DNA of 64,000 nucleotides, from positions 1-64,000 of the IMG/VR virus record IMGVR_UViG_3300020576_002081; one strand, given 5' to 3'. This document shows positions 56,299-64,000 of the stretch, one piece after another; within the stretch, counting starts at the first letter, position 1; every line of letters begins with the position of its first letter. A model generated the notes under the pieces. It worked only from the letters and a program-made list of their open reading frames with translations, was not told the origin of the DNA and did not search any database. Position numbers and translations under genes: made by a program. The stretch comes from a virus (Duplodnaviria; Caudoviricetes).

Positions 56299-58023
56299 TT
56301 ATTTGTATAATTTTGCAAATTCTGGATCATTTAATATCTCAGGGTATTTAGCAGCTATAATTTTAAGATAATCAGTATCTCTTTGAGCCAACTTATCATT
56401 AGTATCTTTATTGATTTTACCAGCTTGATAATCTCTATATTGACCCATAATGTTTTGACCAATATTACTATAAGCAGAACCTTTAAGGTTTCTAGCTTGA
56501 GCTTGATTTTGTAAATTAGCAATAGTTTCTCTATCACCAACACCTGCATTATAATAAGCGGCTTGATTCTTTAAATTAGCATTTTGAGCATTATAATTAG
56601 CTTGTATATTAGAATTAGCCATCATTTGATTTATAGCTAAATCTTTACGATTTTGTAGGTATGTAGAGCTATTACCAACTGAAGCATTTTTAATATTAGT
56701 AGCAGCCATTTTACCTTGCATATTATTGTAACGTAAAGCTGGGTTAACATCTAATAACTCAGGAGTAACTCTATTATATTTTTCAACATCTACTGTATTA
56801 GATCTTTGTAAATCATACATATTACCTGCATTTTGAGCAGCTCCTAAACCTAATTGCTTCAATATATCACCATAAGGAATCTTAGGTGTAGAAGGTCCAT
56901 TATCTTTAAAATCTTCTTTCTGACCATCATATTTCCAATAATTATGTTGATAACCTTGAGCTTGATATTTATCATACAAACTTTTATTATAGTCTGTTTT
57001 AAAGTTATCATTAAAAGCATCACTAGGATCTTCATCATTCATCATTTGAAGAGGTTGTTTTTCAGATTCTAATAATCCACCACCACCACCACCAAATTTT
57101 TTAATACCACCATATTTAAAACTTTCAGAATCTAAACCAATTCTTTTAGCATAATTTTCTAATTTAGATTGTTTAAGTTTTTCTTGTTCTTGAAATAAAG
57201 CTAAAGATTGTTTCATTTTAGCTTCTTTCATTAACTGAGCTGTTAATTTTTGAAGGTTATTAGATTTTTTATCTTCAAATAACTTATCTTCTTTATTAGT
57301 ATTATATTTTTTATTTAAATCAGCGAATGTTTTAGAAGAACCTTTAGGTTTAAGTTTATCGCTAAATACTATTTCACCATTATCAAGGGTAGTTTTAATA
57401 CCGCCTTGTTCATGGCTAGGACCATTATATTGAGTAAATTCTCCATTTGGAGCAATAGTATTCTCTTGTTTTTCAAGTTCAGCATTAGGTGACATATTAA
57501 CACCGCCGTTAGCATAACCAACTGTACCACTACCTTGAGGCATCTGATTCATAAAAGGGGACATTAAGCCAAAAGCGTTTAAGCCTAAACCACCTAATTG
57601 TTGACCAGCCATATCAATTTTATTAGCAGTATTTTGAGATTTCATATAAGCCTCATTACCACCAGTTTCATCAGCAGGGTTAAAATTACCAGCCACACCT
57701 TGAACACCTTTACCTAATCCATAACCTAATTGAGCACCAAGCATAGGATTACCTAATCCAGCACCTATTACAGCACCTGCTACACCAGTAGCTATTGGGG
57801 CTATACCTTTAGTTATACCACCTGTTATATTAGTAATTTGACCAAATTTCTCAGCCGATTTACCTTTATAACTCTCTTCACCAATAACATTGTCTAAACC
57901 AATTACTGATAAAGCATTATCAGCAGTAGCTTTAAGAACGTTACCTGTAAAAGACTTAGCATTGTCTAGTTTAGAACCACCAAATTTATATTTAGGTATT
58001 TTTTTAGTATTTTTATTTTTCAT
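56299..58023 (-). CDS. Virion/cargo protein with Gly-rich segment and GPSHEQGG motif
   Basis: Recurrent [FY]xxGG motifs, Gly/Ala-rich hydrophobic stretch, GPSHEQGGI. Confidence 0.65.
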   Translation of the reverse strand: MKNKNTKKIPKYKFGGSKLDNAKSFTGNVLKATADNALSVIGLDNVIGEESYKGKSAEKFGQITNITGGITKGIAPIATGVAGAVIGAGLGNPMLGAQLGYGLGKGVQGVAGNFNPADETGGNEAYMKSQNTANKIDMAGQQLGGLGLNAFGLMSPFMNQMPQGSGTVGYANGGVNMSPNAELEKQENTIAPNGEFTQYNGPSHEQGGIKTTLDNGEIVFSDKLKPKGSSKTFADLNKKYNTNKEDKLFEDKKSNNLQKLTAQLMKEAKMKQSLALFQEQEKLKQSKLENYAKRIGLDSESFKYGGIKKFGGGGGGLLESEKQPLQMMNDEDPSDAFNDNFKTDYNKSLYDKYQAQGYQHNYWKYDGQKEDFKDNGPSTPKIPYGDILKQLGLGAAQNAGNMYDLQRSNTVDVEKYNRVTPELLDVNPALRYNNMQGKMAATNIKNASVGNSSTYLQNRKDLAINQMMANSNIQANYNAQNANLKNQAAYYNAGVGDRETIANLQNQAQARNLKGSAYSNIGQNIMGQYRDYQAGKINKDTNDKLAQRDTDYLKIIAAKYPEILNDPEFAKLYK

Positions 58024-58096
58024 GTCCGTATTATTAATATAACATTTTATAAGTTATCTACCAAATATTATCTGATATATTCTATAACATTGATTG

Positions 58097-61000
58097 TTAT
58101 CTATCAGATGTTCTATAAGTAGTTTTAATATTACTTATGATAAATCTATTATTAGAAGCATTATCATATTCTAAATCTACAATCATATACTTATCCTTAA
58201 TTCTATCACCAAAACTAGTCTTAGTTAGTATAGAAGAATCAAATATCGAGTAGGTATTTATATTATTAGAGTCAAAATTAACCTTATTTCTAGGTATTTG
58301 TATATTCCAACCTTGTTCAACCTTTCTTAAATTACCTGTTATAGCAGTATTATCTAATTCTACCCAATCAGAATTTTGATATTCATTATATACTCTAACA
58401 CGATTAAACGTATCGTCGAGTTGATTAACATTATCAGATTCTTGTAAAGTATCATTTAAATCATCAATATAAACCCTATTATCCTTAATAGATTCAGTAG
58501 TCCAAGATAAGTTATCATATACCTTAGTTTTAGTAGGATTATCATTAATATTAACCTTTAATGAACTAGGATATACAGCATCGTAGAATGTACAATAATT
58601 ACCTTTATCATGCATATATAACTTACTTCTAACACCTGTTGTAGAATAATCTTTAGGTGTATATAGATAAACTCTGTTGTTTATATATATGTAAGGAGTA
58701 AATGAATAAAATGATGTAAAAGCATCTGTTAAATCTGAATAAGCTAAAGTATACTTCTCATCAACAATCTCAGTTTCCTCACCAGAATTCATAGCTGCTT
58801 GATTTAAAAAAGTATATAAAAACTCATTATTTTTATAATCGTAAGTAGTTAAGATACCTTTGTATAATATCGGATTATCATTAACCCTAATAGTATCATG
58901 TAATATCTTATTCATAAATCCTCTATTACCTTTAGAATCAGATATGGGATTTAAGGTTTCACCGTTAAATAAATATATTTTATTATGTCTGATATCAACA
59001 AATGTTATATTCTCAGGTGATTTACTAATAGACCATTGATGTTTACTACCTATATCAACTGAATGATAAAAGTGTTTTTCTAATGTAGAACCAGTACCTA
59101 ATTGTAAAGGTAAGTTGTTTTGATCGGTTATTATAGATGTAGGATTAACATACAATATAGATAATGCTGTATCTTGTATAGCATACATATTATTCTTAAG
59201 AGTAATTAAAGCATTAATACCACCATAATTACCATCCACATCATAATAATTATTAACTGGTACATCAGACCAACTATCACTTGTATCACCATTTATCTTA
59301 ACATCAGACCAATATACTCTATTACTAAACATTGAAGTACTATTAAATCCTTCAGGTTTAGGTAAATATGTTTTTAAGTTATTAGGGAATGAGTAACCTT
59401 CATCGTAGAAGAATTCATCATTACCACTAGCGTAAGTACCATCATTTTGATTTAAATCAGCATTAACATGTACACCTCTTCTTAAATCTACATTATAAAC
59501 AGACTGTGTTGGAAAATACCAAGTTTGAGAATGTTTAGTAGGAGCAGGAGATATATCACCACTAAAGTTTTTAATAGCTTTTTGTACATCTAATATACCA
59601 TAAAATATATCACCACCAAATACTTTAAGTTTAGTACTACCAGCATTAGTTATTTTATATAATGCTCCTGTAGATATATATTCATTATTAGTTCTAGCTA
59701 AATAAGTTCTACCACCATATTGACTAATAAGATTGCTAGGTTTGTAATGCATAGCTAATAATTTAGAATCACCATCTACAACATCATGTCCAGATTCATT
59801 ATAATCTTCCCAAGTAACAGGAGTTGTTGAATCAACACCTAAAACTATTGTTGGAGAACCTACTGAATAAGCATCACTATCAAATGAACTAGCATTATTA
59901 CCATCCCATTGATAATTATGATTTTTATAAACACCCCCAGCAATACCTATCATAGGTGTTTCACCACCTTGTGAACAATATTCACCTTGAGTCAAATTTT
60001 TAATTTGTTGACTATTACTATAAATTAAATCATTATAAATGAATTTAGAAGTAGCATAATATTTATTAATATAATAGTATTCTTCATATGAACCTAATGA
60101 ACCAGGAGCAGTATCTGGCCACATAGCAGCATTAGTTGTACGAGTATATTTTTCAGTAAATATTAACTTATCACCATTTGATATTTGTGAAGCAGATTGC
60201 TTAGCAAGGTAATCAAATGAATGATATGTTAAAACATTATTTGGAGCTTGACATTGTGTTGAACCATCATAAGTAGCAGGGTCTAAAGCATCAACACCAC
60301 CAGGCACAATATAATGTGACATTGGTAAGAAGAAATTACTACTTTGACTTCCTCTACCCATCATAGTTTGATTAACTAAACCAGTTGTAGGAATAGTTTT
60401 ATCTTTATCTTGTCTATCAACTCTAACTATTTCATAACCATCTATTAGGTTATATAATTCATCAGGTATGTTTACTTCAAATTGAATATAAGGTATATTT
60501 AAATATGTATCAGTACCGTCTATAATAAGACTTCTAAAGTCTGTTGCTGGTACACCACTATCAGTAACTCCAGCTAAATCTGGATCAATAGGATCGTTAT
60601 AGTTTGGAAATTTAATATCTCCAATCCATTTAGCAAAATAACTAGTACCAGTTTTAGATTTAAAAACTATACCAAATCTATATATTTCATTAGGTTGGTA
60701 ACTTCTAAAATTACCTGAGAAGTATTCTAAACCTAAAGTCATTTTAGCATTATTATTATAATACTTTTGTTCAGAAGAACCATTGTTAAATGTAGGATAT
60801 AATCCAGTTAAAGTATTACTAATAGCTCCAGCAGTTCTATAACCATTCTTCCAAACTTGTGTAGAAGCATTATTATCCCTAGTAGTACCTCTTTCAGTAT
60901 TACCAAGAGTAACTGTTGTTGGAGTATATGTATTTAAATCAGCTCTAAATAATACTGAGCCGAAACTATATTTAATGTTAGGTCCTTCACCACCAATTAA

Positions 61001-62659
61001 AGAACTATTCTTTTTGAAAATGAAAGACCTAGTATATAGTGGATCATCATCTGTAGACATACCTAAATTAAAAACAGGTATGTTGTCGGATGACTCTGAT
61101 ATACTATTGTAATCAGAATTTGAATTTATAATGTAGGTTGTAGCAATAGTTTCAGTGTTAAATCTTTTAACTCTTATAATATTACCGTTACCTCCAAATC
61201 CAAACCTATATGTTCTAGTGTCATAAGTATCTAAATATTCTCCTAAGCTATTTTTAATATTAGCATAAAACAATCTATTATCTTTTTGTTCAATTGATTT
61301 ACAGTGTGTAAATGTAGTATTTTCAATTAAGAATTCACTAACTGTAACATCAATCATATTATCAGTATCGTTAGTAAATGTAGTACTTATAGTACTATTT
61401 GTACCAATTATTTGCTCTTCATATTTATAAATATTAAATACATCTCTTTCAGTATTTAATCTAACTATTACAAAGAATTCAATTTTATCAAAATTAGTAT
61501 CAACACCATTAACTTCCCAAGTTATAGTTTTATCAACAGTTGTTGAATCACCAGCTATAGATGAAAAATTAGGTAAAGGACTTATAAATAAACTTGTTTC
61601 TTGTGGTATTAATGTTACAAGATTAGATGGTATTGAATAGTTTGTTAAACCACCATTATTCTTAACCAATCTATAAGCACATTGATATGTATTAGCACAT
61701 GTTAATTGATTAACTGAACCACCATCATTAATTTCTTTGAGTGTAGGTACAGAAAGCTCAATACTATTTTTTAAATCAACTAAAGATGGTTCAATAGCCA
61801 TTAAGTTAGCATCTGCTAAATTTACAGACCTAACAGGATTTAAAAAATCAGACCAATACAATCTTTTAATTGTGGGTAATTCATACCTACCAATAATTGC
61901 TGTAGGAGGTATAGGAGCATTCTTAGTGAGATTTAAATATGAATTATACATTAACTTAAGTTTTGTAACTTGAGTTAATTCATTATAATCTAATTCCCAA
62001 ATTTGACCTAGTTTAGAACTATTTATACTACCAGTAGTTAATAGATAGTTAGTATCATTTATACTTGTTGAACCTAATATAATCACAGACTCACTAGAAC
62101 TTTGTTGAGGTACATAATATGTTGATACAGCAGTTAATTCACCTGTAGGAGTAATAAAACCTATATCAGAACCATCTTGTAATTTAATAGTACTAACTAC
62201 AGGATTAGTAGATTGGATTGTACTACAAAGTCTATATTCAGGATTTTGATATATATAAATATAATCATTACTATAAGCTACAGCAAATGTTCTAGCAGGA
62301 TTATAAGTACCATTATAACAGTTTGATAAGTTCTTAATATAAGAAGCTACATCAGAAGGTGTAGTGTTTTCAAATATATCAATAACAGCAGTAGTATTAC
62401 CATTAATAGTCAATGTTACTTTACCTGGGTAAAATACACCATCTACATCATATGTTTTACTTATTTTTAATTTATAGACACCTCTTAAATTAGGAAACGT
62501 AACCTCACAATTATTTCCTTGAACATTAGATAACGAACCGTTTGATTCACCTAATGTTGTAACAGGTCTTAAATTTAAAGCTTTTAAGTATTTATCATTA
62601 TTTTGAATGTACTTAGATAAATCTGAGTTCATTCCTAAGAACATATTTATTTTTTCCAT
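58097..62659 (-). CDS. Tail stabilization / muzzle-hub protein (P22 gp10-like, crAss type)
   Basis: 1520 aa, beta-rich; N-terminal F.GMNSD.S...Y.KALN.R; synteny with the ring protein. Confidence 0.7.
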   Translation of the reverse strand: MEKINMFLGMNSDLSKYIQNNDKYLKALNLRPVTTLGESNGSLSNVQGNNCEVTFPNLRGVYKLKISKTYDVDGVFYPGKVTLTINGNTTAVIDIFENTTPSDVASYIKNLSNCYNGTYNPARTFAVAYSNDYIYIYQNPEYRLCSTIQSTNPVVSTIKLQDGSDIGFITPTGELTAVSTYYVPQQSSSESVIILGSTSINDTNYLLTTGSINSSKLGQIWELDYNELTQVTKLKLMYNSYLNLTKNAPIPPTAIIGRYELPTIKRLYWSDFLNPVRSVNLADANLMAIEPSLVDLKNSIELSVPTLKEINDGGSVNQLTCANTYQCAYRLVKNNGGLTNYSIPSNLVTLIPQETSLFISPLPNFSSIAGDSTTVDKTITWEVNGVDTNFDKIEFFVIVRLNTERDVFNIYKYEEQIIGTNSTISTTFTNDTDNMIDVTVSEFLIENTTFTHCKSIEQKDNRLFYANIKNSLGEYLDTYDTRTYRFGFGGNGNIIRVKRFNTETIATTYIINSNSDYNSISESSDNIPVFNLGMSTDDDPLYTRSFIFKKNSSLIGGEGPNIKYSFGSVLFRADLNTYTPTTVTLGNTERGTTRDNNASTQVWKNGYRTAGAISNTLTGLYPTFNNGSSEQKYYNNNAKMTLGLEYFSGNFRSYQPNEIYRFGIVFKSKTGTSYFAKWIGDIKFPNYNDPIDPDLAGVTDSGVPATDFRSLIIDGTDTYLNIPYIQFEVNIPDELYNLIDGYEIVRVDRQDKDKTIPTTGLVNQTMMGRGSQSSNFFLPMSHYIVPGGVDALDPATYDGSTQCQAPNNVLTYHSFDYLAKQSASQISNGDKLIFTEKYTRTTNAAMWPDTAPGSLGSYEEYYYINKYYATSKFIYNDLIYSNSQQIKNLTQGEYCSQGGETPMIGIAGGVYKNHNYQWDGNNASSFDSDAYSVGSPTIVLGVDSTTPVTWEDYNESGHDVVDGDSKLLAMHYKPSNLISQYGGRTYLARTNNEYISTGALYKITNAGSTKLKVFGGDIFYGILDVQKAIKNFSGDISPAPTKHSQTWYFPTQSVYNVDLRRGVHVNADLNQNDGTYASGNDEFFYDEGYSFPNNLKTYLPKPEGFNSTSMFSNRVYWSDVKINGDTSDSWSDVPVNNYYDVDGNYGGINALITLKNNMYAIQDTALSILYVNPTSIITDQNNLPLQLGTGSTLEKHFYHSVDIGSKHQWSISKSPENITFVDIRHNKIYLFNGETLNPISDSKGNRGFMNKILHDTIRVNDNPILYKGILTTYDYKNNEFLYTFLNQAAMNSGEETEIVDEKYTLAYSDLTDAFTSFYSFTPYIYINNRVYLYTPKDYSTTGVRSKLYMHDKGNYCTFYDAVYPSSLKVNINDNPTKTKVYDNLSWTTESIKDNRVYIDDLNDTLQESDNVNQLDDTFNRVRVYNEYQNSDWVELDNTAITGNLRKVEQGWNIQIPRNKVNFDSNNINTYSIFDSSILTKTSFGDRIKDKYMIVDLEYDNASNNRFIISNIKTTYRTSDR

Positions 62660-63369
62660 TAGTGTCTAAATTTTCTTTCTGGATTAATATTTTTCTGAAA
62701 GAAATGATTTTCATCATTTTGATTTGGAATAAGTCTTGTCCAAACGTTTTTAATATTTCTTAAGTGTCTTTCATCAGGTAAATTAGCTGCTCCTCTAGCA
62801 CTATTAACATAGAACAAATATTCTTGTTCAGATTTATTTAATACTTTATCAGGAACATTACCTTTTCTCCATTCTCTATAATCAAGCATATATGTAACAT
62901 AAGCTGCACAAGCTTTCATAAAATATACTTCATCTGGTACTAAAGGATAACCTTCATTATCAACTGGTACACCTAAGTAGGTTAAACATATTTCAGTTAT
63001 AGGTTCAGTATCTTTTATATCAGTAATAATCATATTATCACTTATATAAAAATGATAATCTGTACAACATGTAGGTATTTTACAATCAGGACAATCATAG
63101 TTATTTAATTGACTACTTGAACTAAATGATAAAGGTTTATTACCACAAGATATATAAACTAATTTTTCAAAGTTAGCTGGTAGTTGAGCTTTACCATCAG
63201 CAAGTTGTATAATTTTAATATTCTCTTCATATTGAGAATAAGCACCTACTACAGAAAGTACTTCACCTATCCACTCATAAACATGAGCTTCATTTATTTC
63301 AGTTGTTAAGTTTAAATCCCTATAAATTTTATTTATAACGGCTTTAGCACTTGTAAATTTGTATATCAT
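62659..63369 (-). CDS. Tail tubular / ring protein
   Basis: V..KIYRDL...EWIGE; YLGVPVD.EGYPLVPD; position in the tail module. Confidence 0.65.
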   Translation of the reverse strand: MIYKFTSAKAVINKIYRDLNLTTEINEAHVYEWIGEVLSVVGAYSQYEENIKIIQLADGKAQLPANFEKLVYISCGNKPLSFSSSSQLNNYDCPDCKIPTCCTDYHFYISDNMIITDIKDTEPITEICLTYLGVPVDNEGYPLVPDEVYFMKACAAYVTYMLDYREWRKGNVPDKVLNKSEQEYLFYVNSARGAANLPDERHLRNIKNVWTRLIPNQNDENHFFQKNINPERKFRH

Positions 63370-63806
63370 TAGTTATAAAAGTCAAGTTTTTTATTATTAA
63401 CAGCATCAGCAATAAGTCTAGATGCCTTTCTACAAGGTTTGAAAGCATAATGTCTTTTACCTCTAACTACACATTTAGACTTATTCCAAGTCCATCTGTA
63501 ACCGTAAGGTGCGCCAAAATAAACTCTTTGACCAAGTTCTTTAGATTTTTTAAAATCAATTCTCCAAGATTTTTTATTTTCTTCTTCATAATTAACTTCA
63601 AATTTCTTAATATATAATTCACCAAGTCTAAAAGGTAATTTTAACACTTCTGAATTATATACTATTTTATCTCTACAACGAGTATTAAAGTCTTTTAAAA
63701 CTTTACTAAATGTTGAATAAGATTGATATTTAATATTCTTTGTAATACAACTTTCTTTGTAGAAAGCATAAAAGTCTTTAAGACTAACGTTTTTAGTATA
63801 CCCCAT
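63369..63806 (-). CDS. IHF/HU-like DNA-binding protein (crAss type)
   Basis: Helical N-terminus plus LKLPFRLGELYIKK beta-arm; basic. Confidence 0.65.
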   Translation of the reverse strand: MGYTKNVSLKDFYAFYKESCITKNIKYQSYSTFSKVLKDFNTRCRDKIVYNSEVLKLPFRLGELYIKKFEVNYEEENKKSWRIDFKKSKELGQRVYFGAPYGYRWTWNKSKCVVRGKRHYAFKPCRKASRLIADAVNNKKLDFYN

Positions 63807-63808
63807 AT

Positions 63809-64000
63809 TTAGTTTTTAATAGATACTGTTTGGTCAAAATTATCATTAGCGTTATTAGTAGTATCTCTAGGCATCTGAATAAATGGATAAACTTTAGTTT
63901 TAAGTACAATATTAGTTATATCACTAGCCATTTGAAAGCTACAAGGATAAGGAGAATTAGGACTATAGCATGTTGAACCACTACATGAAGTAAAAGCCGT
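63809..64000 (-). CDS. 3' end of a ring/tail tubular protein (5'-truncated by the window edge)
   Basis: Manual translation: ...PYPCSFQMASDITNIVLK...PRDTTNNANDNFDQTVSIKN-stop. Confidence 0.6.
   Translation of the reverse strand, partial: TAFTSCSGSTCYSPNSPYPCSFQMASDITNIVLKTKVYPFIQMPRDTTNNANDNFDQTVSIKN

Noticed and set aside
3883-61973. Short opposite-strand or alternate-frame ORFs in the track (e.g. 3883-, 6019-, 7602-, 15865-, 19444-, 20333-, 22188-, 25350-, 30683-, 31487-, 32309-, 33514-, 33979-, 37593+, 44964+, 50294+, 55310-, 56355-, 56854+, 61737+)
   Set aside because: They are shadows of well-supported genes, with F/I/L/S-rich composition typical of antisense AT-rich DNA and no motifs.
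1-64000. Stop-codon reassignment as in some crAss-like clades
   Set aside because: Multi-kb ORFs are intact in code 11, TAG and TGA terminate coupled genes, and the breaks in polB, nrdJ and nadV-C are explained by introns.
1-64000. CRISPR array, DGR, integrase or transposase
   Set aside because: No regularly spaced repeats, reverse transcriptase, TR/VR pair or recombinase motifs seen; the vRNAP repeats are in-frame coding repeats.

Overview
This is a 64-kb, very AT-rich fragment of a crAss-like (Crassvirales-type) phage of a Bacteroidota host, read in standard code 11. Host evidence: two TTTG-N20-TAnnTTTG promoters and A-rich translation starts without clear Shine-Dalgarno motifs. It has two convergent modules meeting at a bidirectional terminator (~35.3 kb). 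Plus strand, 1-35.3 kb: tRNA-Thr, tmRNA, HNH nuclease and tRNA-Arg; an intron-split family B DNA polymerase; a phiEco32-like cluster (ATP-grasp, two COOH-NH2 ligases, two class II GATases); helicase, AAA ATPase, primase and nucleases; an intron-split class II RNR; and a Prs-like plus NAMPT-like NAD module. The NAMPT-like gene is physically split into two genes and also carries a 235-nt group I intron. Minus strand, 35.3-64 kb: virion and ejection proteins, including a ~4,140-aa virion RNA polymerase with repeat-bounded cassettes, then tail stabilization/ring proteins and an IHF-like protein. Most unusual signals: (i) near-Cys-free ejection proteins whose Cys residues sit at facing termini, suggesting a head-to-tail disulfide chain; (ii) the split and intron-interrupted NAMPT/Namat; (iii) the amidoligase/GATase cluster; (iv) a phage tmRNA with a long tag frame; (v) in-frame domain cassettes in the vRNAP; (vi) three group I introns plus free-standing and decayed homing endonucleases. 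All family assignments come from motifs recognised by eye; no database search was run.
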